A stretch of DNA of 64,000 nucleotides. It comes from an uncultured Lentisphaeraceae bacterium. Lineage in GTDB: Bacteria; Verrucomicrobiota; Kiritimatiellia; RFP12; UBA1067. A model generated the notes under the pieces. That model did no database searches. It saw only the letters and a program-made list of their open reading frames with translations, and was not told the origin of the DNA. The stretch is from positions 20,754-84,753 of the forward strand of contig CAYLUN010000010.1 in assembly GCA_964386865.1 (NCBI GenBank), read 5' to 3'. Numbering within the stretch: the first letter of the stretch is position 1; every line of letters starts with the position of its first letter. Of the stretch, positions 1 to 8,826 are shown in pieces. Position numbers and translations under genes: made by a program.

Positions 1-155
1 CGGGGGGGCGCCGTGTATGGATGATCGAGGCGGAACCGCAGCCCGAACGTGCACGCTGGATGGGTGAGCTGCGTCCGTACGCGGCACGTAAGGCGTCTCA
101 CGTGCTGTCCGATATCCGTGCGGCCGTGGCAAAAAAGCGTGGGGGGCGGACATGA
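1..155 (+). CDS. putative type II antitoxin, C-terminal fragment (gene truncated by window start)
   Basis: Open frame runs from the window edge (codons in phase with pos 12) to TGA 153-155. That stop overlaps the ATG (152-154) of the downstream PIN gene in a classic ATGA 4-nt overlap. Tail reads ...ERARWMGELRPYAARKASHVLSDIRAAVAKKRGGRT. Function inferred from position only. Confidence 0.35.
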   Translation, partial: GGRRVWMIEAEPQPERARWMGELRPYAARKASHVLSDIRAAVAKKRGGRT

Positions 156-547
156 AACGTGGCGTGGGCGTCGACACCTGCGTGGTCCTTCGGTTGCTCA
201 CGGGGGTTCCGGAGGCGCAGTTCGCCCGGGCCTGCAGCTTTCTCGGCGAGTGTCAGCATCGCGGCGAGCCTGTGTTGGTGAGCGATCTCGTTGTGTCGGA
301 GGTCTACCATGCTCTGCTTTACTACTATGACGTTCCGAAACGTGTCGCGCTTGATTCGTTGCGTTCGTTTCTCTGTTCGCCCGGCGTGCGCTGCACAGGC
401 TACGCAGGAGAAATCCTGAAGGAGTATCGAGGCCTGGGGGCGGGATTGGTTGACCGCTTGATCCGGGCAGAACTGTTGGCGCAGGCCGAGCGGCTCGTGT
501 CGTTCGACAAGGATTTCTGCCGTCTCGGCGGCGTGCAGGCGTTGTGA
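152..547 (+). CDS. vapC: PIN-domain ribonuclease toxin (VapC-like)
   Basis: 131 aa. Acidic-residue pattern of PIN domains (VDTCVV near N-term, SEVYH, FDKDF near C-term). Start overlaps the stop of the upstream small ORF (ATGA), the typical toxin-antitoxin arrangement. Confidence 0.65.
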   Translation: MKRGVGVDTCVVLRLLTGVPEAQFARACSFLGECQHRGEPVLVSDLVVSEVYHALLYYYDVPKRVALDSLRSFLCSPGVRCTGYAGEILKEYRGLGAGLVDRLIRAELLAQAERLVSFDKDFCRLGGVQAL

Positions 548-628
548 GCGAACGCTCAACGTTCTACGCATTCCGACTACGAGCCAAACAGTCTAAAAGC
601 CTTCAGCCTATTAGCCTCTCTCCATCTG

Positions 629-2062
629 TCACGCCCCGCGGGCCGCCGCCTCGTCGCGGTAGCGGTAGAAGCGGCTGATGACGCTGAAGAGGATCGCGAC
701 CACAAAAGTCAGTCCCGCGTACATGAGGAAGCGGGACGCGCTGACCGAGCCGCTGTGCGAGGCGCCGCCGAAGGCCTTGGTGATGCCCGCCACCAGCAGG
801 TTCCCGATCGCGACCGTCAGCAGCCAGAAGCTCATGATCGTGCTCTTCATCTCCGGCGCGGCCTCGCGGAAGGCGAACTCCAAGCCCGTCGTCGAGATCA
901 GCACCTCGGCCGCGGTCAGCACGATGTACGGCACGAGCTGCAGCAGCACGCTGAGCTGCGCGCCGGCCTCGAGGCGCGACTGGAGCGCGGCCACGATGAG
1001 GTACGAGAACACCCCCAGGAACATCCCGGCGGTCATCCGCCGCAGCGGCGCGGCCAGGCGCCCGATGCGCGGGTAGACCACCAGCGTGAAGAGCGGCACC
1101 AGCGCCATCACGAGCAGCGGGTTCGCGGACTGCATCTGCTCCGCGCCGATCGTCAGGCCCCCCAGCTTGAACGGCACCATCATCTGCCCTTGCAGCACCC
1201 AGGTGGAGTTGGTCTGGTCGAAGAGCGCCCAGAAGGCCGGGATCAGCGCGAACACGAAGAGGATCGGCGGCACCGACTTGGCGGCGTCGACCTCCTGCTG
1301 GCTGAAGCGCCCCCGCGCCGCGTCCCAGAACGGCGCGCCCGCCGCGCGTCGCGCGCGCAGCGCATAGCCGAGCACCTTGAAGAACCCCGCCGACCGGCTC
1401 TCGCGGCTGGGCGGCACGCGCACGTAGTGGCGCGTGCCGAGCCAGAAGATCAGCGTCGCCACCGCCATCAGGACGCCCGGCACGCCGAACGCGACGCTGT
1501 ACCCCCACGAGTCCTTGCACCAGGGGATCACGAGGAACGAGAAGAACGAGCCGAAGTTGATCGACCAGTAGAAGGCCCCGTACGCCTTCTGCAGCAGGTG
1601 CGACTGGTCCGGCCGGAACTGGTCGCCCATAAAGGCCGAGACGCAGGGCTTGATGCCGCCCGAGCCGAAGGCGATCAGCGCCAGGCCCGTGTAGAGGCAG
1701 GCGAGCTTGCTGTCCACGCCGCCGATGAAGTCGCTGCACGCGAGCACGGCGTTGCCCGCGCAGTAGACCAGCGAGACCCAGAGGATCGTATTGTAGCGGC
1801 CGATCAGCTTGTCCGAAAGCCACGCGCCGAAAAGCGGCATGAAGTAGTTGACGAAGACGAAGAGGTGGATGATGCTCGTCGCCGTGTCCGCCTCCTGCCC
1901 GAGCCCGCCCTTGAGCACCGCCCCCGTGATGTAGCCCGCGAGCACGCTCTTGATGCCGTAGTAGCTGAAGCGCTCGCACGCCTCGTTGCCGACGATGTAC
2001 TTGATCTGCGCGGGCCAGCGGTTTGCGCTCTTGCTCGTCTCCATGCGCTGCTCCTTTTGCAC
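629..2062 (-). CDS. proton-dependent oligopeptide transporter (POT/PTR2 family di-/tripeptide permease)
   Basis: 477 aa polytopic membrane protein. N-terminal 'GNEACERFSYYG' matches the PTR2 family signature (ExxERFxYYG). Confidence 0.85.
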   Translation of the reverse strand: MQKEQRMETSKSANRWPAQIKYIVGNEACERFSYYGIKSVLAGYITGAVLKGGLGQEADTATSIIHLFVFVNYFMPLFGAWLSDKLIGRYNTILWVSLVYCAGNAVLACSDFIGGVDSKLACLYTGLALIAFGSGGIKPCVSAFMGDQFRPDQSHLLQKAYGAFYWSINFGSFFSFLVIPWCKDSWGYSVAFGVPGVLMAVATLIFWLGTRHYVRVPPSRESRSAGFFKVLGYALRARRAAGAPFWDAARGRFSQQEVDAAKSVPPILFVFALIPAFWALFDQTNSTWVLQGQMMVPFKLGGLTIGAEQMQSANPLLVMALVPLFTLVVYPRIGRLAAPLRRMTAGMFLGVFSYLIVAALQSRLEAGAQLSVLLQLVPYIVLTAAEVLISTTGLEFAFREAAPEMKSTIMSFWLLTVAIGNLLVAGITKAFGGASHSGSVSASRFLMYAGLTFVVAILFSVISRFYRYRDEAAARGA

Positions 2063-2233
2063 GGCAGGGTCTTGCCGCTTCGGTGTGACCTGTGCGGAAG
2101 CGTAGAGGCATTTCCCGTTGACGTCAAGAGAGAGTTCGCGAATTTATCATTGTCCGAATGAGCCTATTCGGTTTACTCTGATAGCCAGTTTCTAGCCCCG
2201 CTAGACACGGGCCATAACAGCGCAAACAGGGAA

Positions 2234-4972
2234 TTGATGAAAAACACCACCGCACTCCTCTTCTCACTGGGCCTGATCGCGTGCGCCTCGGCGAAGCCCG
2301 CCGCGCCGGAGATCGAAATCCCGTACACCCGGTTCGTCCTCGAGAACGGGCTCACTTTGCTCGTCCACGAGGACCACAAGGCGCCCATCGTGGCCGTCAA
2401 CACCTGGTACCACGTGGGCTCAAAGAACGAGAAGCCCGGCAAGACCGGCTTCGCGCACCTCTTCGAGCACCTGATGTTCAACGGCAGCGAGCACTTCAAC
2501 GACGACTTCTTCAAGGCCACGGAGAAGGTCGGCGCCACGGACATGAACGGCACCACCAGCGAGGACCGCACCAACTACTTCGAGAACGCCCCGAAGGAGG
2601 CGCTGGACTATCTGCTCTGGCTGGAGTCCGACCGCATGGGCTACATGCTCGGCGCGATCACGCAGGCGCGGCTCGACGAGCAGCGCGGCGTGGTGCAGAA
2701 CGAGAAGCGCCAGTACGAGAACCAGCCCTACTCCATCGCGTACCAGCTCATCACCAAGAGCATCTGGCCTGCCGGCCACCCGTACTCGTGGCCGGTCATC
2801 GGCTCGATGGAGGACCTGAGCGCCGCGTCGCTCGACGACGTCCACGAGTGGTTCAAGACCTACTACGGCGCGGCCAACGCCACGCTCGTCGTGGCGGGCG
2901 ACGTCACCCCGCAGGAGGCGCTCGAAAAGGTCAAGCGCTACTTCAGCCACGTGCCGCCCGGCCCGCCCGTGGCCCGCCACGCCGCGTGGATCGCCAAGCG
3001 CACGGGCACGATGCGGCAGCGCGTCGAAGACCGCGTGCCGCAGGCCCGCCTCTACAAGGTCTGGAACATCCCCAACTACGGCACGACCGACGGCAACCTG
3101 CTCGACCTCGTCTCCGGCGTGCTCTCCGACGGCAAATCGTCGCGCCTCTACAAGCGGCTGGTCTACGACGAGCGCATCGCCACCGACGTGAGCACCTTCG
3201 CGGACCAGAGCGAGATCGCCGGCGCCTTTTACATCATGGTCACGGCCGCGGCGGGCGTGGATCTCCCGCGGATCGAGAAGGCGGTCGACGAGGAGCTGGC
3301 CCGCTTCCTGAAGGACGGGCCGACCTCGCGCGAGCTGGAGCGCGTGAAGACGCAGGTTGAGGCGGGCTTCATCCGCGGCATCGAGCGCATCGGCGGCTTC
3401 GGCGGCAAGTCGGACCAGCTGGCCATGCACAGCGTCTACCTCAGCAACCCCGAGTACCACAAGACCCGCCTGCGCGAGGTCCGCGAGGCGACCGCGCGCC
3501 AGCTCCGCGACGCGGCGCGGGCCTGGCTCTCCGACGGGCAGTACGTGCTCGAACTCACCCCCTTCCCGAAGTACGCCGCGAGCGTCGCGGACGTGGACCG
3601 CGCCCAGCTGCCGGTGCCGGAGATCAAGCCCGTCGTGCGCTTCCCGGCGATCCAGCGCGCCACGCTTTCCAACGGACTCAAAGTTATGCTCGCCGAACGC
3701 CCGAGCGTGCCGATCGTGCAGCTCAACCTGCTCGTGGACGCGGGCTTCGCGGCCGACCAGTTCGCGTCGCCCGGCACCGCGCGGCTCGCGATGGACATGC
3801 TCGCCGAGGGCACGAAGCGGCGCACCTCGCTGGAGATCAGCGACGAGCTCGCGCTGCTCGGCGCGAACCTCAGCGCGGCCTGCTCGCTGGACACCTGCAC
3901 CGTCGCCTTCAACGCGCTGCGGCGCAACCTCGACGCCTCGCTCGACCTCTACGCGGACGTGATCCTCAACCCAGCCTTCCCCGCGGACGATTTCAAGCGG
4001 CGCCAGGAGCAGCGGCTGGCCGCGATCCAGCGCGAGAAAAGCGAGCCCGTCACCATGGGCCTGCGCGTCATGCCGCAGATCCTCTACGGGCCCAAGCACG
4101 CGTACGGCAACCCGCTGACCGGCACCGGCACGGAGGCGAGCGTCGCCCGCCTGACCGCCGCCGACATGGCGCGCTTCCACGGCGCGTGGTTCCGGCCCAA
4201 CAACGCCACGCTGGTGGTCGCCGGCGACATCACGCTCGCCGAGATCCAGCCCAAGCTCGAGCGCCTCTTCGCCGCGTGGCCGCGCGCCGAGGTGCCGAAG
4301 AAGAACATCGGCCCCGTGCCCCTGCCCGAGAAGCCCACCGTGACGATCATCGACCGCCCCGGCTCGATCCAGTCCGTGATCTTTGTCGGCAACGTCGCGC
4401 CGCAGAAGGCCAACCCCGACGAGCTGGCGATCGAGGCCATGAACCTGATCCTCGGCGGCAGCTTCACCTCGCGCATCAACATGAACCTGCGCGAGGACAA
4501 GCACTGGACCTACGGCGCGCGCACCTCGATCGCGGCGGCCTGCGGCCCGCGGCCCTTCTGGGCTTCGGTGCAGGTGCAGGCCGACAAGACCAAGGAGACG
4601 ATGCGCGAGCTCGACAGCGAGTTCCGCGGCATCCTCGGGGCGCGGCCGGTCACGCCGGACGAGTTCGCCCGCACGATCACGAACCAGTCGCTCAAGCTGC
4701 CCGGCTCGTGGGAGACGATCAACAGCGTGGCCGACGCGCTCAACGAGATCGTCTGCTTCGGCCTGCCGGACGACACCCACCAGACGCGCTCGGCCCGCTT
4801 GCAGGCGCTGACGCGCGAGAACCTCGGCGACGCCGCCAAGAAGGTCGTGCAGGCGGACCGCCTGTCGTGGGTGGTGGTGGGCGACCGCGCGAAGATCGAG
4901 GCGGGCGTGCGCGAGCTGGGCTTCGGCGAGATCCGCTACGCCGACGCCGACGGCCAGCCGGTATTGAAGTAG
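2234..4972 (+). CDS. M16-family zinc metallopeptidase (pitrilysin/insulinase-like), lipoprotein
   Basis: 912 aa. Lipoprotein-type signal (LGLIACASA). Inverted zincin motif HxxEH ('HLFEHLMFNGS'). Length consistent with tandem M16 active + inactive domains. Confidence 0.85.
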   Translation: MMKNTTALLFSLGLIACASAKPAAPEIEIPYTRFVLENGLTLLVHEDHKAPIVAVNTWYHVGSKNEKPGKTGFAHLFEHLMFNGSEHFNDDFFKATEKVGATDMNGTTSEDRTNYFENAPKEALDYLLWLESDRMGYMLGAITQARLDEQRGVVQNEKRQYENQPYSIAYQLITKSIWPAGHPYSWPVIGSMEDLSAASLDDVHEWFKTYYGAANATLVVAGDVTPQEALEKVKRYFSHVPPGPPVARHAAWIAKRTGTMRQRVEDRVPQARLYKVWNIPNYGTTDGNLLDLVSGVLSDGKSSRLYKRLVYDERIATDVSTFADQSEIAGAFYIMVTAAAGVDLPRIEKAVDEELARFLKDGPTSRELERVKTQVEAGFIRGIERIGGFGGKSDQLAMHSVYLSNPEYHKTRLREVREATARQLRDAARAWLSDGQYVLELTPFPKYAASVADVDRAQLPVPEIKPVVRFPAIQRATLSNGLKVMLAERPSVPIVQLNLLVDAGFAADQFASPGTARLAMDMLAEGTKRRTSLEISDELALLGANLSAACSLDTCTVAFNALRRNLDASLDLYADVILNPAFPADDFKRRQEQRLAAIQREKSEPVTMGLRVMPQILYGPKHAYGNPLTGTGTEASVARLTAADMARFHGAWFRPNNATLVVAGDITLAEIQPKLERLFAAWPRAEVPKKNIGPVPLPEKPTVTIIDRPGSIQSVIFVGNVAPQKANPDELAIEAMNLILGGSFTSRINMNLREDKHWTYGARTSIAAACGPRPFWASVQVQADKTKETMRELDSEFRGILGARPVTPDEFARTITNQSLKLPGSWETINSVADALNEIVCFGLPDDTHQTRSARLQALTRENLGDAAKKVVQADRLSWVVVGDRAKIEAGVRELGFGEIRYADADGQPVLK

Positions 4973-4980
4973 AGGTTTTT

Positions 4981-6147
4981 ATGCCGAGTGTCAGCCGACG
5001 CATGGGGTGCTTTACGGAATCGGTCATCCGCCGGATGACGCGCGTGGCGAACGCCTGCGGCGCGGTCAACCTGTCGCAGGGCTTCCCGGACTTCGACCCG
5101 CCGCCGGAGCTGCTGGCCGCGCTGCAGCGCGTCAGCCTGACGGGGCCGCACCAGTACGCGGTCACGTGGGGCGCGCCGAACTTCCGCCAGGCGCTGGCCC
5201 GCAAGCAGAGCCGCTTCATGGGAATGCCGGTCGACCCCGAGGCGAACCTCGTGGTCACCTGCGGCAGCACCGAGGCGATGATGGCGGCCATGATGACCGC
5301 CTGTAACCCCGGCGACAAGGTGGTCATCTTCTCGCCCTTCTACGAGAACTACGTGGCCGACACGATCCTCTCCGGCGCGGAGCCGCTCTACGTGGCGCTG
5401 CGGCCGCCGGACTTCTCGTTCGACCCGGCCGAGCTGCGGCGGGCCTTTGAGCAGCGGCCCAAGGCGCTGATCCTCTGCAACCCGGCGAACCCCTCCGGCA
5501 AGGTGTTCCGGCGCGACGAGCTGGATCTGATCGCCGCGCTGGCGCAGGAGTTCGACGCGTTCGTGATCACCGACGAGGTCTACGAGCACATCGTCTACGA
5601 GCCCCATCGGCATGTCTACTTCGCGTCGCTGCCCGGCATGGCTGAGCGCACGATCTCGTGCAGCTCGCTCTCCAAGACCTACTCCATCACGGGGTGGCGG
5701 CTCGGGTACGTGATCGCGCCGCCCGCGGTGATCGATGGAGTGCGCAAGGTGCATGACTTCCTGACGGTCGGCGCGGCCGCGCCGCTGCAGGAGGCGGCGG
5801 TCACGGCGCTCGGCTTCCCGGACAGCTACTATCAGGGCTTGCAGGCGGAGTATGCCGCCAAGCGCACGCTCTTCCTGCGCGGGCTAGACGAGGCGGGGCT
5901 GCGCTACACCGTGCCGCAGGGCGCGTACTACGTGATGGTCGACGTCGGCGAGTTTGGCGTGACCGACGACGTGGCCTTCTGCGAGTGGCTGGCCAAGACC
6001 GTCGGCGTCGCGGCCGTGCCCGGCTCGAGCTTCTTCCGTGAGCCGGTCAACCACCTGATCCGCTTCCATTTCGCCAAGCGCGACGACACGCTGCGCGAGG
6101 CGGTCCAGCGCCTCGCCCGCCTGCGCGCGGCCGTCGCCGGCCGCTGA
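4981..6147 (+). CDS. PLP-dependent aminotransferase, class I/II (methionine/aspartate aminotransferase-like)
   Basis: 388 aa from ATG 4981 (in frame with long ORF 4186..6147). Fold-type I motifs present: '...CSSLSKTYSITGWRLGY' (PLP-Lys region) and 'NPANPSGKVF'. Confidence 0.85.
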   Translation: MPSVSRRMGCFTESVIRRMTRVANACGAVNLSQGFPDFDPPPELLAALQRVSLTGPHQYAVTWGAPNFRQALARKQSRFMGMPVDPEANLVVTCGSTEAMMAAMMTACNPGDKVVIFSPFYENYVADTILSGAEPLYVALRPPDFSFDPAELRRAFEQRPKALILCNPANPSGKVFRRDELDLIAALAQEFDAFVITDEVYEHIVYEPHRHVYFASLPGMAERTISCSSLSKTYSITGWRLGYVIAPPAVIDGVRKVHDFLTVGAAAPLQEAAVTALGFPDSYYQGLQAEYAAKRTLFLRGLDEAGLRYTVPQGAYYVMVDVGEFGVTDDVAFCEWLAKTVGVAAVPGSSFFREPVNHLIRFHFAKRDDTLREAVQRLARLRAAVAGR

Positions 6148-6196
6148 CGCGTAGAGACGCGGCGCCCTGTTGAGAGACGCTAGCACGTGGCACGTC

Positions 6197-6256
6197 GCTG
6201 CGCGGTAGGGACGCCGCCCCGTCGGCGTCCGCGGACGGCAGGGGCTGCCGTCCCTA
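6197..6256. repeat. REP-like GC-rich palindromic element, copy A (between convergent genes)
   Basis: GGTAGGGACG...CGTCCCTACC 10-bp outer stem with nested GACGCCG/CGGCGTC and GGACGGCAG/CTGCCGTCC stems. A ~47-bp core (GCGGTAGGGACGCCGCCCCGyCGGCGTCCGCGGACGGCA) recurs at 20562. Confidence 0.55.
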
Positions 6257-6400
6257 CCTCGCCTCGTGATCGCTCCAACCGAGCGGATGCCGGGCCTGAC
6301 GCCCTCATGACCGTGCAGGTCTTTGTCCAAAGCGCTATCGATTTCGATACTGCGCCGCAACCGCTCTCGATCTTGCTCCCATTTTACAGTCCCAACATCC

Positions 6401-6540
6401 AGATCATGCCGCCCTCCGACCTCTGACCTCCGACCTCCGCCCTCTGACCTCTGACCTCCGCCCTCTGACCTCCGCCCTCTGACCTCCGCCCTCCGCCCTC
6501 TGACCTCCGCCCTCTGACCTCCGCCCTCCGCCCTCCGAAC
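6401..6540. repeat. heptanucleotide tandem repeat array (CCTCYGM)n, ~18 units; reverse complement is (GGTCAGA)n
   Basis: Direct reading: CCTCTGA CCTCCGA CCTCCGC CCTCTGA ... Sits immediately 3' of radC (minus strand). A same-family array in opposite orientation is at 17620-17695. Confidence 0.9.
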
Positions 6541-6542
6541 CC

Positions 6543-7313
6543 TCACTCGAACGCCACGAGGTTCTTTTCGCGCAGGCTGACGTAGCCGGGGGTCGTGGCG
6601 GTCGGGCGGCCGACGATCAGGTGGTCCACCACGCGGATGCCGAGGATGCGGGCGGCCTCGATCAGGCGGCGGGTGATGTCGATGTCCTCCTTTGACGGCG
6701 TGGGGTCGCCGGAGGGGTGGTTGTGCGCGAGGATCACCGAGGCGGCGCTGTAGCGCACGGCTTTGGAGAAGACCTCGCGCGGGTGCACGGGGCTGGTGTC
6801 GAGCAGGCCGCGCGTGGTCTCGACGGGCTGGCCGATGAGCTTGTTCTTGGTGTCGAGCAGGAGCACCCAGAAGATCTCCTGCTGGAGGGCGCGGGCGAGC
6901 GGGCTGACGAGGCGGTAGACGGCCTCGGGCTCGCGGATGGACGCGGTCTCCTGGCGCGGCGCGTGCTGGTGCTGGGCGGCGCGACGGCCGATCTCCAAGG
7001 CGGCGGCGAGCTCCATGCACTTGACCGGGCCGAGGCCCTTGACCTTCAGCCCGCGCAGCTCCTCGAAGTCGGCCTTGGCGAGGTTCGCGAGGCCTTTGAA
7101 GCGGCGCAGCAGCTCGCGGGCCAGCTCGGTGACGTTCTTGCCGGGCACGCCGGAACGCAGGAGGATGGCGAGCAGGACCTCGTCGGGCACGTTCTCCGCG
7201 CCGCGGCGCTGGAACTCTTCGCGCGGGCGCATCTCCTGCGGCAGCTCTTTGACGCGCAGCGGCGCGTCGGGGTAGACGGCGCGGTCAGGGGGATACGAGG
7301 GGAGTGGGTCCAT
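6543..7313 (-). CDS. radC: RadC-like JAB/MPN domain protein (UPF0758)
   Basis: 256 aa. C-terminal JAMM-like motif 'ILAHNHPSGDPTPSKEDIDIT' and HhH-like N-terminal region. Confidence 0.85.
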   Translation of the reverse strand: MDPLPSYPPDRAVYPDAPLRVKELPQEMRPREEFQRRGAENVPDEVLLAILLRSGVPGKNVTELARELLRRFKGLANLAKADFEELRGLKVKGLGPVKCMELAAALEIGRRAAQHQHAPRQETASIREPEAVYRLVSPLARALQQEIFWVLLLDTKNKLIGQPVETTRGLLDTSPVHPREVFSKAVRYSAASVILAHNHPSGDPTPSKEDIDITRRLIEAARILGIRVVDHLIVGRPTATTPGYVSLREKNLVAFE

Positions 7314-8235
7314 GTTGCCTCCACGTGTCGAGCACCCGCTCGGCGACGCGCGCGGGCGGGTCGGTGTCGTCGATGTCGATCCAGACGGCCTGCGTCTGGT
7401 GGCGGAACCAGGTCTCTTGCCGCTTGGCGAGCTGACGGGTGCGGACGACGGTTCGCTCGGCGGCTGCGGCGGGGGTGAGCGCGCCGTCGAGCAGGGCGCA
7501 GGCCTCGGCGTAGCCGATGGCCTGCGAGGCGGTGGGGGACCACGCGGGGTAGGCTTGGCGCAGGGCGCGGGCTTCGTCGACGAGGCCGGCCTTGAACATG
7601 GCCGCGACGCGGCGCGCGATGCGGGCGTGGAGCTGTTCGCGCGGCAGGCGCAGGACGGCGACGGGTGAGGCGGGAGTGCCGCGCCGCCACTGTTCGGGGA
7701 GGCTGCCGCGGGCGTCGAGGTGTTCGAGGGCGCGGATCAGGCGGCGCGGGTTGGCGGGGTCGGCGAGCGCGGCCAGCGCGCCGGGGTCGCGGTCGGCGAG
7801 CGCGCGCTGGAGCGCGGGCAGGCCCTCGCGTTCGTAGAGCGCCTGCCAGCGGGCGCGGGCGGCGGGGTCGGCGGCCGCGCCGTCGAGTCCGTCGGTGAGG
7901 GCTCTGAGGTAGAGGCCCGTGCCGCCGACGGCGATGAGGGACGGGTTCACGGACGAAGCGCCCGTGTCACGGCTGATCGCGCGGGCGGCGTCTGCGAGCC
8001 AGAGGCCGGTGCTGAAGGGCTCGGCGGGGGTGACGAGGTCGATGCCGAAATAGGGGACGCGGCCGCGCTCGGCGGGCGAGGGCTTGGCGGTGCCGATGTC
8101 CATGCCGCGGTAGACGAGCATCGCGTCGGCGGAGAGCACGGCGCAGCCGAGCCGCTCGGCGAGGAGCTGGGCGGCGGCGGTTTTGCCGGTGGCGGTCGCC
8201 CCGGCGAGGAGCCAGGCGTGGTGGGGGTTGTTCAC
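7285..8235 (-). CDS. miaA: tRNA dimethylallyltransferase
   Basis: 316 aa. P-loop 'GATATGKT' and 'IAVGGTGLYLRAL' motifs typical of MiaA. Confidence 0.9.
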   Translation of the reverse strand: MNNPHHAWLLAGATATGKTAAAQLLAERLGCAVLSADAMLVYRGMDIGTAKPSPAERGRVPYFGIDLVTPAEPFSTGLWLADAARAISRDTGASSVNPSLIAVGGTGLYLRALTDGLDGAAADPAARARWQALYEREGLPALQRALADRDPGALAALADPANPRRLIRALEHLDARGSLPEQWRRGTPASPVAVLRLPREQLHARIARRVAAMFKAGLVDEARALRQAYPAWSPTASQAIGYAEACALLDGALTPAAAAERTVVRTRQLAKRQETWFRHQTQAVWIDIDDTDPPARVAERVLDTWRQHGPTPLVSP

Positions 8236-8350
8236 GGTTGCAGGTTACACGTTACAGATTACACGTTGCAGGTTACGCGTTACGGGCTGAGGTGTGGGGG
8301 TGCTCGTTCCATTTCTAGAACCCGTGCCCGGCAACCTGTAACCTGTAACA
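8236..8350. promoter_or_regulatory. GTTAC-rich repeat block in the lspA-miaA intergenic region (candidate operator/promoter for miaA)
   Basis: GTTGCAGGTTAC occurs twice (8237, 8265) with GTTACAGATTAC between. Inverted counterpart GCAACCTGTAACCTGTAAC is at ~8318-8336. Confidence 0.3.
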
Positions 8351-8351
8351 A

Positions 8352-8816
8352 TTAACCAGCAACCTGATTCCTGTGGTCGTGGTGCCACTGGGTGGCGATG
8401 TAGAGGAAGACGCCGCAGCAGATGGAGGCGTCGGCCACGTTGAAGGCCGGGAAGTGCGTGCCCCCCCAGAAGAAGTCGAGGAAGTCGATGACGTAGCTCA
8501 GGCGGACGCGGTCGATGAGGTTGCCGACCACGCCGCCGAAGAGCAGCGACATCGTGACGGCGTTGCCCCAGAGCGGGCCGAAGAGCTGGCGCCGCTTCCA
8601 GACGAGGAAGCCGAGGGTGATCAGCGAGAAGGCGACCAGAAAGATCTGCTGGCCGGCCAGCATGCCCCAGGCTGCGCCGCGGTTCTCGACGTAGCTGAGG
8701 CTGAACAAGCCGGGTATGACGCCGATCGAGCCGACCGGCTTCAGGTAGGCGACGGCCGCGACCTTGGTGAGTTGGTCTGCGGCGACGATCGCCGCCGCGA
8801 GCAACGGGACGCGCAT
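8352..8816 (-). CDS. lspA: lipoprotein signal peptidase (signal peptidase II)
   Basis: 154 aa membrane protein with LspA motifs 'NRGAAWG' and 'FNVADASI'. Confidence 0.9.
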   Translation of the reverse strand: MRVPLLAAAIVAADQLTKVAAVAYLKPVGSIGVIPGLFSLSYVENRGAAWGMLAGQQIFLVAFSLITLGFLVWKRRQLFGPLWGNAVTMSLLFGGVVGNLIDRVRLSYVIDFLDFFWGGTHFPAFNVADASICCGVFLYIATQWHHDHRNQVAG

Positions 8817-8826
8817 GGGGCCTCGC

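Noticed and set aside
603-2161. Long overlapping ORFs on both strands (603..2111 -, 755..2161 +) across the POT transporter gene
   Set aside because: Translations are Arg/Ala/Gly/Pro-rich low-complexity, typical of spurious frames in ~68% GC DNA. Only the 629..2062 frame carries a recognisable family signature (ERFSYYG).
2420-4780. 786-aa antisense ORF opposite the M16 peptidase gene
   Set aside because: No motif, and Arg/Gly/Ala-rich composition. The sense frame has the HxxEH zinc motif and a lipoprotein signal.
4186-4980. 5' extension of the aminotransferase ORF (4186..6147) overlapping the end of the peptidase gene
   Set aside because: The extension is out of frame with the peptidase and Arg/Pro-rich. 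The conserved aminotransferase sequence starts at ATG 4981, right after the peptidase stop.
6401-6540. Possible CRISPR array
   Set aside because: The repeat unit is only 7 bp with no spacers and no cas genes nearby. It is a microsatellite-type tandem repeat.
5884-7020. 378-aa minus-strand ORF spanning the heptamer array with 'EVRGRRAEVRGRRSEGGGQRSEGGG' repeats
   Set aside because: The repetitive peptide is simply the translation of the (GGTCAGA)n tandem DNA repeat. The ORF also overlaps radC in another frame and has no start context.
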